From assembly GCA_030390025.1 (NCBI GenBank), contig CM059432.1, positions 29,824,001 to 29,888,000 of the forward strand: a stretch of DNA of 64,000 nucleotides, read 5' to 3'. The notes under the pieces are model-generated. The model was not told the DNA's origin, ran no database searches, and was given only the letters and a program-made list of their open reading frames with translations. Source of the stretch: Squalus acanthias. Its lineage: Eukaryota. Positions 11,791-23,047 of the stretch are shown here, in pieces (positions within the stretch are counted from its first letter, which is position 1; every line of letters starts with the position of its first letter). The translations under genes and the position numbers were made by a program.

Positions 11791-12884
11791 ACTTTAAATT
11801 GTCTGTTTACAGGCCCTGACAGCTGTTAGGAGCATCAGCCATTAGTGATTTTAATTACTGCACTGCCATTGGAGACCAGGGGCTGCTGCCTCTGCTATTA
11901 AACAGCCTTTAAATGGAGCAAATGGGAGCCAGTGCAAACTAACACTTACCCTTCAGCTACTGTAAATGGGCTGGGTTTAATTTATGGGCTAAATATGGAC
12001 TCTGATGTAACGTTAGTCCACAATCAACCAACCTCTGGCCTGGACAAGTGTATTTGTGGTAGTTGCTCTCTGCTATACTGTAGCAGAGGTTACACAAATT
12101 GAGATGAATGGAATTTGGTGTTATTACCATTCTCCCAACATAATGTAAAACCATAACAATCTCTTATTTAAAAAAGTAATCTGCAGGTGCCTGTTTTACT
12201 GTTGAGTTCCGTTTCCAAACCATTTACTATTTTCACAAAAAAAAACAATTGAATATCTAAACGGGAATTAAATGAATGGTCAGGGAAATTCAGCTCTGGA
12301 TAAACGACGACGTTTCTGGGGACAGGAAAAGGTCATTGAACCAGTACGAGAGATCAAAGCCCAACTCCCCTCCCCCGCCTCAAACTGCTCACCATATTCT
12401 TCAATCCTTTCACTCTCCACAAACACATCTAATTATATCCTGAATCCATTTACACTGTCTGCTTCAATGGCATTCCATTATATTCCATATCTATTATTCT
12501 TGTCTGATTTCCCTTCTGGCTCCGAACTCCCCAATTTTTAACTGGTGTGTCCTGGTATTTGAGCCCTTCACCATAGTGAACGATTGCCATGGGAAAGGTA
12601 ATTTGATACTTGGAATCAGCCTTGGTTTTGTTAACAGCAGAGAATTATGGCTGCAAGTAGAACATTTTAATATAAATCTCATTCAAAGGCAAAATGGTCC
12701 CCAATAGTCCTTTTTTTCTACAGTTATAGAACCATAGAAATTTACAGCACAGAAGGAGGCCATTCAGCTCATTGTGTCTGCACTGGTTCTCTGAAAGTGC
12801 TATCCATTTAATCCCTTTTCCCCAAACTCTTATGTTTCTTTTTATCTACTTCCTTTATGGATTCTGCTTGATTCACTGCTTATT

Positions 12885-13165
12885 TTTTTTAATTCATTCT
12901 TGGGATACGGGTGTTGCAAGCAAGGCCAACATTTATTGCCCATTCCTAGTTGCCCTCGAGAAGCTGGTGGTGAACCTTCTTCTTGAATCGCTACAGTCTG
13001 TGTGTTGAAGATACTCTCACAATGCTGTTAGGTAGGGAGTTTCAGGATTTTGACCCAGCGACGATAAAGGAACCGCCGCAATATATCTCCAAGTTGGGAT
13101 AGTGTGTGACATGGAGGGGAACTTGGAGGTGATGGTGTTCCTATGCGCCTGCTGCCCTTGTCCAT
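12885..13165 (-). mobile_element. 3' fragment of the SINE-headed LINE family (see 30535-33032)
   Basis: Matches 30550-30780. Confidence 0.75.
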
Positions 13166-13249
13166 GTCCTAACAACGCTTTGTGTACATAAAAACTCTAC
13201 CTTCATTCTTTTGAAAATAGTCTAAAATTTACCCAATCATTTTCCCTTT

Positions 13250-13540
13250 TCCTTCCCTGAAGGTATTGAGTCCTTGGTAAGCAGTGACTGTGTCAGGAAG
13301 CTGTTCACCAGTGGAGTGCAGCAGAACTGAGCACAATCTTCTCTACACCCAAAGTCCATACAGGTGTCACAGGTTAGTCATAACCCGGCTGAGTTTATTT
13401 CCCCTTTTCTAGACTGGGAGTACTGCAGATCCCCAAATTCTGCCACGGCTGAAGTGAGTTAGCTTGCCAGCCCAAAATGAACCTATGACTTTCAGGTCTG
13501 GATGGCTTAATATTGCACTAGAGAGTGCCTTTACCCACTG
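13250..13540 (-). mobile_element. Old SINE-like family copy (AGCCATACAGACC..GCTGATCTC type)
   Basis: Shares motifs with 14590-15230, 28810-29290, 39250-39560 and 53520-62630. Confidence 0.5.
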
Positions 13541-13609
13541 GAAGGCTCCCAGTTATTTATAATCTTAAAATGAAAATTAGGCCAGTGAAAATTCTTCACA
13601 CAAAGGGTT

Positions 13610-14070
13610 AGAATCATAGAATGGTTACAGCACAGAAGGATCCCATTCGGCCCGTCGCGCCCGTGCCGGCTCTCTGCAAGAGCACTTCAGCTAGTCCCAC
13701 TCCCCCGCCCTTTCCCCGTAGCCCTGCAAATTTTTTTCCTTCAGATACTTATCCAACTCCCTTTTGAAAGCCATGATTGAGTCTGCCTCCACCACCCTTT
13801 CAGGAAGTGTATTAACCACTTAACCACTCGCTGCGTAAAAAAGTATTTTCTTACATCGCCTTTGGTTCTTTTGCCAATCACCTTAAATCTGTGTCCTCTG
13901 GTTCTCGACCCTTCTGCCAATGGGAACAGTTTCTCTCTATCTACTCTGTCCAGACCCCTCATGATTTTGAACACCTCTATCAAATCTCTTCTCAATCTTC
14001 TCTGCTCCAAGGAGAACAATCCCAGCTTCTCCAGTTTATCCACGTAACGGAAGTCCCTCATCCCTGGAAT
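13610..14070 (-). mobile_element. CR1 LINE 3' fragment
   Basis: ORF 13741-14061 (LGLFSLEQRRLRRDLIEVFK...FFTQRVV). Confidence 0.9.
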
Positions 14071-14756
14071 GGTTGTGAGAATGTGAATGCATTGCCCTAG
14101 AAGTGCATAGAAGCAGAATCAATTCAAGTGTTTAACAGGGACCTGGTTACTTGGAAGTAAAGTTATTTAAGCTTTAGAGGGAAGAACAGGGAATTGGGAT
14201 TAAAAAGAGGTGGTAACAAAATGCTTTTTTATTTGTTTTTAATTCATTCTCAGAATGTGCGCTTTGCTGGCAAGGTCAGAATTTATTGCACATCATTAGT
14301 TGCCCAAGAGAAGATTGGTGGTGGATCTTCTTGAACCACTGCTGGCAGTTTCGATACGATTGAGTGGCTTGCTACACTGAAAGGTGAGAGAGGTCCATGC
14401 AGTCAGTGTCATCTACAAACACCAGCAGGTCTTGTTCAGTGTTTTGTATCTGGCGTAAATGATTAAAGGGAATGTCACGCAGAGCTGAAGGTAATATTTC
14501 AATGTAAAGTAAGCCGTCCAGAAAGAAAATAAAAGTTCACTTGAATGTTCCAATGGATCAATAGGTAAATATACCACCTAGAGTGGAACTAATCCATACA
14601 GATAAGGAAAATCCCAGGTTCAATCCCTGGCTGTGTTGATTGAGCTGATCTCAGACAGGATGATCTTGGGTTGCTGCAGTTGGCTTAATCAACCCATGGT
14701 TTTTAAGGGGTAAAAGAAAAATTATCCAGAGTTCCTGCTCTTGATCACTACACAGT

Positions 14757-14955
14757 AGAACTCTCTTCTCCAAAAGGCTGTTGATGCTGGGTCAATTGAA
14801 ATCTTCAAGACTGCAATTGACAGATTTTTGTTAGGTAAGCGTATCAAGGGATATGGAGCAATGGCGGGTAAATGGAGTTGAGGTACAGATCAGCCATGAT
14901 CTAATAGAACGGCGGAACAGGCTCGAGACACTGAATGGCCTACTCCTGTTCCTAT
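14757..14955 (+). mobile_element. CR1 3' tail fragment inserted in an older SINE-like element
   Basis: GATCAGCCATGATCT...GGCCTACTCCTGTTCCTATG tail motif. Confidence 0.75.
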
Positions 14956-15761
14956 GATCCTTTCTGGAAAGTGTGCGTCAGGTGAGGGCAGGTGAGGGCT
15001 TGGTTTTGCTGACCCAGATGGTCAAATAAAATGGCAAAACTCATTCGCCAGTAATATCTACGGTGTTTCCCCTGATCTCCTGGAACCTCCCCCCCCCACC
15101 CCAGGGTAGCAGCTGTGTACGTCATTTCATCAGTCAAAGTTATGGAGGGTCATCAAGAGAACCCACACAGAACATCTACCCCACTGTCTGTGCCAAGGAA
15201 TGAGGTACTGAATGGTGGGCTGTAGCTATGGGATTGTGCAGCAGTGTGCACTAGTACCTTCGGGAAAGAAGAGAGGAAAGGAAAGGGGAGATTAAGGCTG
15301 GAATTTTCTGGGGTGGTCATGGGCGCGATTGGTAGTGAGTCGGGTGGGAAAGTTGTTATTTTTGACAGCGGGTCGGAAGGACTCTCTCACCATTGACAGA
15401 ATGCTTCTGTCATCTATACTTCACCTCCCATCTATTCCATCAACATGGGTGCCGCTTATATTGTCTCACCTTGGTCCTCGGAATCGGACCACGATGAGCC
15501 GCAGCACCAGGCACACCAACAACAACAACCTTCTTTGCAATCACCTGATGCTGCACAGGACACAGGGCATCAGCACCTGAGCACATTGCTGCCCGGGAGG
15601 CCAGGGATGACCTCATCATGGCCAGATTTAGTTAACTTTACACTGTACACTCATATGGCTGTCACATGATGCACCAGCTTGGCACCACCACACGCCAACA
15701 CCATAAAGCATCCCTACAATGTCCAAGCTATTCTTTTTTCACTCATCACCATTATGGGCGG

Positions 15762-18700
15762 TGTAACTGGTTTTTGCGGTAGCCAATTTCCTATGGCCCC
15801 TGCCGCAATCGCCAATTATTGTAGGTGGTTTGCTTTGGTGGTTCGAATCACCCCCCCTACTTAGTTCTATACGACAGGAATTACGGTGAACAAGATTGGA
15901 AACACAGACAAGCTTTTCAGACTCAACTGTATGGTGTTTAATAAAGTTAATACACACACCCGCCTCCAGTACGTAAAATGCCTGGTGGCGTAAAACAAAC
16001 AGTACAACAATACAACTTGGCCCGTCGAACAGGCCCCTGTCTCGTATTAAGACGCCTAAAATCACACTGTGTTGCAATACAGAGTATAACATGGACTTGT
16101 CCCACAAACCCCGGAACATACACTATATAATACACACACAACCTCCCCACTAAACCCCTCTGGCTTGGTTGGGACACACAACACCCCCTCACACAGTACC
16201 GGTGGTCTTAATGATGCGTGGGCTTGGACAATGCTCACCCTGATTGTTCGTTTTCTTGCTCGCTGCTCCCGTGTAGAGCATGTCTCCTGATTCCGTATCG
16301 CCGATGCAGTATCCAAGTCCCAGTTTCGAGGTTCGTTCCTACAGTCGAAGAGCAAGGCAAGGCTCTTGTCGCTCGTGGTGGTTTAGAGAGAGAGAGCGAA
16401 AGGCCAAAGCTGCCTTCTCTATATCCTCTCAGGTCTGTGTAGTTGCAGTGATGTCTTTTTAATTACCCTTCTTTGTCTGGTTTCCCGCCTTTCGGGACTA
16501 TCCCATCTAGGTGCTGGTGATAATGGCAGATGATGGGCCGCACTTCTCACCTGATCCTGGGTTAAGTGGCTTCCCATTAATTTACAATGGCTCTCTTTTG
16601 TCCGGTTCCTGCCTTTCAGGGCTATCTCATCTAGGTGCTTGTGACCGTATGAGTCATCTCCCCGGACATAAGAACATAAGAAATAGGAGCCCCTCGAGCC
16701 TGCTCCGCCATTCAATAAGATCATGGCTGATCTGATCCTAACCGGCAATCTACTATCACAGAACCATCTCCTGCATCTAACAGAATTGCACACACGAAAT
16801 AGGAGCAGAATCAGGCTACACGGTCCCTGGGCCCGCTCCACTACCCACAGGGCCATGACCGATCCGAACCTAGACTCATGTCCAAATTCCTGCCCGCTCC
16901 CCGTAACCCTTAATGCCCTTTACTTCTAGGAAACTGTCTATTTCTGTTTTAAATTTATTTAATGATGTAGCTTCTACAGCTTTTTGTGGCAGCATATTCC
17001 ATGGACCTACCACCCTCTGAGTGAAGTAGTTCCTCCTCATCTCAGTTTTGAAAGAGCAGCCCCTTATTCTAAGACTATGTCCCCTAGTTCTAGTCTCACC
17101 CGTCATCGGGAACATCCTCCCCGCATCCACCCGATCCAACCCCTTCACAATCTTATATGTTTCAATAAGATCGCCTCTCATTCTTCTGAACTCCAATGAG
17201 TAGAGTCCCAATCTACCCAACCTCTCCTCATATGACCACCCCCTCATCCCCGGGATTAACCGAGTGAACCTTTTTTGCACTGCCTCGAGAGCAAGGATGT
17301 CTTTCCTTAAGTAAGGACACCAAAACTGTATGCAGTATTCCAGGTGCGGTCTCACCAATACCTTGTACAACTGAAGCAATACCTCCCTATTTTTATATTC
17401 TATCCCCCAACATTCCATTTGCCTTCTTAATCACTTGCTGCACCTGCATACTAACCTTTTGAGTTTCGTGCACCAGGACCCCCAGATCCCTTTGCACTTC
17501 AGTACTCTCCAGTTTCTTGCCATTAAGATAATAAATTGCTCTAGGATTTTTCCTGCCAAAGTGCATCACCTCACACTTTCCAGTGTTGTATTCCATCTGC
17601 CAAATCTCTGCCCACTTACTTAGCCTGTCTATGTCCCCTTGCAGGTTTTTTATGTCCTCCTCACTCACTACTTTCCCTCCCATCTTTGTATCATCTGCAA
17701 ATTTTGATATGTTACACTTGGTCCCTTCTTCCAAATCGTTAATATAGATTGTAAAGAGTTGGGGACCCAGCACTGACCCCTGTGGAACACCACTAGTTAC
17801 TGATTGCCAGTCTGAGAATGAACCATTTATCCCAACTCTTTGCTTTCTGTTAGATAGCCAATCCTCTATCCATGCCAGAATATTACCCCCAATCCCGTGA
17901 TTTTTTACCTTAAGCAATAATCTTTTGTGTGGCACCTTGTCAAATGCCTTTTGGAAGTCTAAATACACTACGTCCACTGGTTCCCCTTTATCCACTCTAT
18001 ATGTTACTTCCTCAAAGAACTCCAGCAAATTTGTCAAACATGACTTCCCCTTCGTAAAACCATGCTGACTTTGTCCTATTAAATTATGATTATCCAAATG
18101 TCCTGTTACTGTTTCCTTAATAATGGACTCCAAAATTTTACCTACCACAGATGTTAGGCTAACCGGTCTATAGTTACCAGCCTTCTGTCTACTGCCCTTT
18201 TTAAATAAGGGTGTTACATTAGCAGTTTTCCAGTCTGCCGGGACCTTAGCGGAATCCAGGGAGTTTTGAAAAATTATTACCAATGCATCTACAATCCCTA
18301 CCGCCACTTCCTTCAAGACTCTAGGATGTAAGCCATCAGGTCCAGGTGATTTATCCGCCTTGAGTCCCATTATTTTACCGAGTACCACTTCCTTAGTGAT
18401 TTTGATCGTGTTTAGCTCCTCTCCCCCTATAGCCCCCTGTTTGTCCAGTGTTGGGATATTCTTAGTGTCCTCTACTGTAAAGACTGATACAAAATATTCA
18501 TTCAGTGTTTTTGCCATCTCCATATTTCCCAACATTAATTTCCCGGTCTCATCCTCTAAGGGACCAACATTTACTTTAGCCACCCTTTTTCTTTTTATAT
18601 AACTATAAGACCCATTGTCTTCCCAGAGAATTCTGTCTGCCCAGACATTCTCCCATAATTAGTTTGTAGGTCTGGCTGGAATCTCCTGTTCATGAACACC

Positions 18701-18790
18701 TGGGCCCCTCCCATCTTCTCCAAACAGGCTGTTGGTAACAATCATTCAAAAAGTCTGAAATGAACTTGGGGCCTGCATTCGATGCTTACA
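15762..18790 (-). mobile_element. Solo LTR (~1.1 kb without the nested CR1)
   Basis: TGTAA...TTACA termini; 4-bp TSD GCGG at 15758-15761 and 18791-18794; absent from the sister Harbinger copy at the equivalent site (~23910). Orientation inferred from a minus-strand ATTAAA near 15940. Confidence 0.8.
16667..18610 (-). mobile_element. CR1 LINE, 5'-truncated, relatively intact RT
   Basis: 396-aa ORF 17393-18583 (FADD motif) plus C-terminal ORF 16876-17418; CATAAGAA repeat tail at 16667. Confidence 0.95.
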
Positions 18791-20475
18791 GCGGTACCAT
18801 TAAGTCTCACAATTCACTGCAACTCACTAAGCCACATACAAAGGTACACACAAATCTGTCCAAGACCGGAAAATGTTGAAAATAAAGATTTTTATGTTTG
18901 ACAACACATTAACATAAACTTTACATAAACATTGGATAAAGCACCCAAGTGGCTACCTTTGTGTGTTGTTAGTTGGTATGATTGCACTAGGATGAGGGTG
19001 AGGGGTGGCTAGTGAGATGGGGATGTGATAATGTAGATAGAGAGGGATGGGTGGAGGTGCAAGGTATGTTGGTGTGAGTAAGGATGTGCAGGAGTAGGGT
19101 CGGGAAGGCAGAGTGATGGGGATGTGATGAGAGGCACAGCAGGGTGAAGTTGGGTGTGGCTTTGTACTAATGTTTCCTGATCTAATGAGATCATTGAAAC
19201 GTTTGAGGCACTGCACCCAGGTCCTCCTGACCACATCCCTGCTTGTGCCCTCCTCTGCAATGTGTAACCAGGCTGTTTTGGTCTCTTCCGCCCATCGGAA
19301 AGTAAGAAGGCCTCCCTGCGTGCTGTGACTCCCTCCATAAGCAAATGGAGGGAGTCATCGGAGAACCTGGGTGCAGTGATTGTCAGTGTTTGCAGCACTC
19401 CAATGCTGTAGTGCACTGACAGCACTATGTTAGATAAAACTTCAAATGCAATGTGGCCATGGTCACTTTAAGGATCCTGGATGAAAACGCGTCATGAATG
19501 ACGTCACCAGACCCGCTCCATCTCATTGGGAAGTTAACGCGCTGGGCGGGCTTAATAAGCTCCTGAAGGTAAGTTAATTTTCAACAGTGGGATGGAGCCA
19601 GCAGTGGGGTCACGACTTGCAACGGACACCAGCTACACCGGATCCGCCCAGGTAGGCAAAATTCCGGCCTAAGCCATACAGACCTGAAAGTCGGTTCAGT
19701 TCTTCGCTAAAAAGAGATGTTCCCACTTATCCAAAAAAACATCCTCGTGGACACCTGCCATCTTTGATCAACTAGTGGGAAAGATCTGCTGGGATCGCAA
19801 GTATGGCGGGATCCATCTCCGAGTGGTTACCATGGAGCGAAATGAGGGATTCTCTTTCTTCCTGGTCCTCATGCTCAGATACAACTCAAAAGTGAGTGCA
19901 GCACTTGGGTGAAACCAGTACCTCGGCAAGATTTAGCATTTTTGTAACACAATGGGAGAATACCAAGGACAATAAGCCCAGCGGCAGGGGTCAGCCCAAT
20001 GGATACACTTGCCATTTTTTTTATGGTTTTACAATATTTCAGGGGCCCGCTCTCCTCCCCAGGACAGCATTGTTCTTTAACACAGTTTGAGCTGCAGAAA
20101 TTTGCAGATTGGCTGATATTATTGACCAAAGCATGTGTTGGCAAAGTTAATGAAGATTTGCTTCATACTCAGCACTTAATGTCATTGCTTTGTGCAGAAC
20201 TGGAAGGGAAAACTGCTTAACGCTGACTGAGGATCTTTCAGCACCAGGAAAGATTATATGAACGAGGTTGCTAGGAAAAGGGGAGGAGCGAGAAGAGGCT
20301 GATATTCAGCACCAAGGAGGGGAGGGGAAGGGGAGGGTAAAGCAGCCATACCTAGCTCAAATATCATAAACAGAGTTATTTATAAACCAACAAGGGTACA
20401 GTTGCCAAAGCAGAGACCACATTGAAAATAAATGTCAAGACCCACTGGGAATAGCAAGGATCTGTAAGGATCTTA

Positions 20476-21246
20476 GGGGGAGAAATTCAGTATAGCCCCG
20501 TTTGGGACGCTAAAACGTTAAAAGATGAAAAATTAGCGCCAGGTGCTAATCTTTCTCGCCTCCCGCAAAATTCAGTTGTAGCGCTCCAAGAGGAAAGTAG
20601 AGCACTAAATCAAGTGCTAACCACTTCTCTTAGGGCGCTAAAGTGTGTGAGAGGGGCAGTAGTGGCAGAGCGCTGAAGAATGTGCAGTGCGGTGCTACCG
20701 GCATCAGAGGCTCCTTCCCTTGCCTAAAGGGAAGGGCCAATGATGGTTTGCAACATTCTTCTTCTTAGTTCTGTGGGGCCAGGGGACCTGCACGACTTCC
20801 ATTACAGCCCCAATCCCTCTCAGAGAGTGGAGGGCTTAGGCATTGCGCAACAATGAGGCTTCAACAACTTTCAGCAGGCACCAGACTGGTGCGAAGAATA
20901 ACGTTTGGCCTATCTGACCACCACTGCCTTTAATTATCACTCCCCAAGTGGCCAGCCGAGGTGACAAAGCCTCCTGTTGCTGCCGTTGTTGACGTCCGGT
21001 GATGCAGCAGGGGGCGGGAGCGAATTTCACATCCGGGGCGATAACGAGGCGCTGCGCACTTGAATTATGTCACGATCTACGGGGCGCTAGAGACCGAGGC
21101 GGTAAGTGTTAGCGCCAGCGCAAAACTGCCAGAGAAGTTCACGGGTGTTGCTGAATTCGCCGCGCCCGGTCAGTAACCCCTTAGTGCCTCGTTACCGCCC
21201 CCCACAGGTGCTAACGGGAGGTGCAAAGCAGCTAAATTCCTAGCCC
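20476..21246. mobile_element. MITE-like non-autonomous DNA element, Harbinger-like termini
   Basis: Imperfect TIRs GGGGGAGAAATTCAG / CTAAATTCCTAGCCC; TTA/TTT flanks; CpG-rich interior with many GCGCTA-like motifs. Confidence 0.55.
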
Positions 21247-21674
21247 TTTGTCTGAGCAACTAATCACTCGGTAGATGGGCCTCTAGTTTCTGACACTCTC
21301 TTCGCAAGCAGTCTCCTCGGAAACCCGGAAACAAATAAAACTATGAACCCTTGTGCTATTTTGGGAAAAATCTACAGGCAGCGATCCTGCGTCATTCACT
21401 GCCTTGACACTAAATATAGTCAATTAATGCCGCATATTTAATTTTTTTTTCTTTCGGATAAAGTTTTGTGCGCGTCAAGGTGAGTGATGTCAGCTTTGGA
21501 GCATTTTCAGCCACCCAGTGTCAGCATCACTCCTAAGGCCAGATACAGCACAGTCCAGATGCAGAGTACAGCTTCCTCAGTAACACCAACCTCAAAAGAA
21601 CGTCCACTACCGCACCATTGCGACATTCCATTTCTCACACCAGTCATCCTTGTGACCTCTCTAGAGTGCCTTTA

Positions 21675-22246
21675 AGCCCCGAATTTTAACTGGGGACACG
21701 AGGGAAGGCAGGATATTAACTCCCCAGGATAGGCGGGAGAGGGGCGGTGTGGGTTAAATTCTTAAATATGGGAAACCTTACCCCAACCCGTCGCGAACGT
21801 GCCTACTTCTAGTTTAACTGGGGAGGGTTGGGTGACTAACTGGCTTTCGAGAGGCGGCTCAGTAGTTATAATATTTATATAAGGCCGTGTGACTCAAATT
21901 GTAGCAGCCATTTGGATTTAATGGCTGCAAGCCGGGTTTCCCAGGGCTCGGGAAACCTGGCAGCTAAAGGGAGGCGAGAACTGCCAGGTCCAGCAGGTAA
22001 GTGCCTTTCCAGCACCTGCCGTTAAATCCATCATTATTTCCGGGTTTCCCGGCCACTGACAGTTGCCCCCCTCCCTTCCCCCACCCACCCCCTTGTAAAT
22101 GTTGGGGCCCAGGTCTCTAGCACTTTACCTGCCTGGAGGAACTGACCCAATGTACCGTGGGCCGCCACTTCATCGTCCATCTGGAGAGGGGTATGCAGGT
22201 AGTGCACCTGCCTCTCTTCCTGACGAGAACGCAATTTCAGCCCCAT
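21675..22246 (+). mobile_element. MITE-like DNA element, same family as 37970-38611
   Basis: Core GGAAACCTGGCAGCTAAAGGGAGGCGAGAACTGCCAGGTCCAGCAGGTAAGTGCCTTT matches the reverse complement of 38372-38430. Confidence 0.55.
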
Positions 22247-22424
22247 AATGCAGGAGGATTACAACACATTCTGCACAATGTAATATCTTGCTGCTAAGAT
22301 TTATGGTTAAGGTAGCCAAAAGTCTAACTGCTAAAAACAAACAAGACTGAGGTCACTCAGAGTTAAATTTTTTGTTTGGCCTGGGAAATTTGCAGATTGA
22401 AATGTTCTTGTTAGTTTCATTTTC

Positions 22425-22800
22425 TTCTCATCCTTGTTTTCAAATCCCTCCATGGCCTCATCCATCCCTATCTCTGTAATCTCCTCCAGTCCCGTAACAA
22501 CCCCCCCCCATCCCGAAATATCTGCGCTCCTCCAATTCTGGCCTCTTGCGCATCCCAGATTTTAATCGCTCCACCATTGGTGGCCGTTCCTAGGCCCTAA
22601 GCTCTGGAATTCCCTCCGTAAACCTCTCTGCCTCTCTACCTCTCTTTCTTCCTTCAAGACGCTCTTTGATCACGCTTTTGGTCATCTGCCCTAATTTCTC
22701 CTTATGTGGCTCGGTGTCCAACTTTGTTTTATGACACTCCTGTGAAGCGCATTGGGAAGTTTTACTATGTTAAAAGCGCTATATAAATACAAGCTGTTGT
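22425..22800 (+). mobile_element. L2-clade LINE 3' end
   Basis: Homologous to 10860-11225. Confidence 0.8.
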
Positions 22801-23047
22801 TGACATTTGTAACCTCATGTGACATCTGCAATGTGTTGCCTCCATACACTGATGGACTATTTTTGATATATTGGGGTAGAAATTGGACCTTTTTGCACCC
22901 GTTTTTGGTGTGTAATGTTGCTCATAGTAAGTCAGAAGATGTGCTGTTTCTAAGGACTAGAAACATTATACCATGCAAAAAATAGCAAATTGTTCTTGTG
23001 CTAAAGTGAAGGTTTGTATCCCTAAAGTGATGAATTGATATAAAAAA

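Larger units (their letters stand above)
15296..19669. mobile_element. PIF/Harbinger non-autonomous element with nested solo LTR and CR1
   Basis: TIRs GGCTGGAATTTT / AAAATTCCGGCC; TAA TSD at 15293-15295 and 19670-19672; mini-ORF at 15445; Myb/SANT exon remnant at about 19170-19380 (minus; APRFSDDSL...RRTWVQCLKRFNDL). Confidence 0.88.

Noticed and set aside
10354..11797. Hydrophobic F/L/S-rich ORFs as membrane proteins
   Set aside because: Artefacts of CT-rich low-complexity DNA.
19705..19740. Peptide KRDVPTYPK reminiscent of PDE9A
   Set aside because: No splice sites at the expected places and downstream residues do not match; treated as chance.
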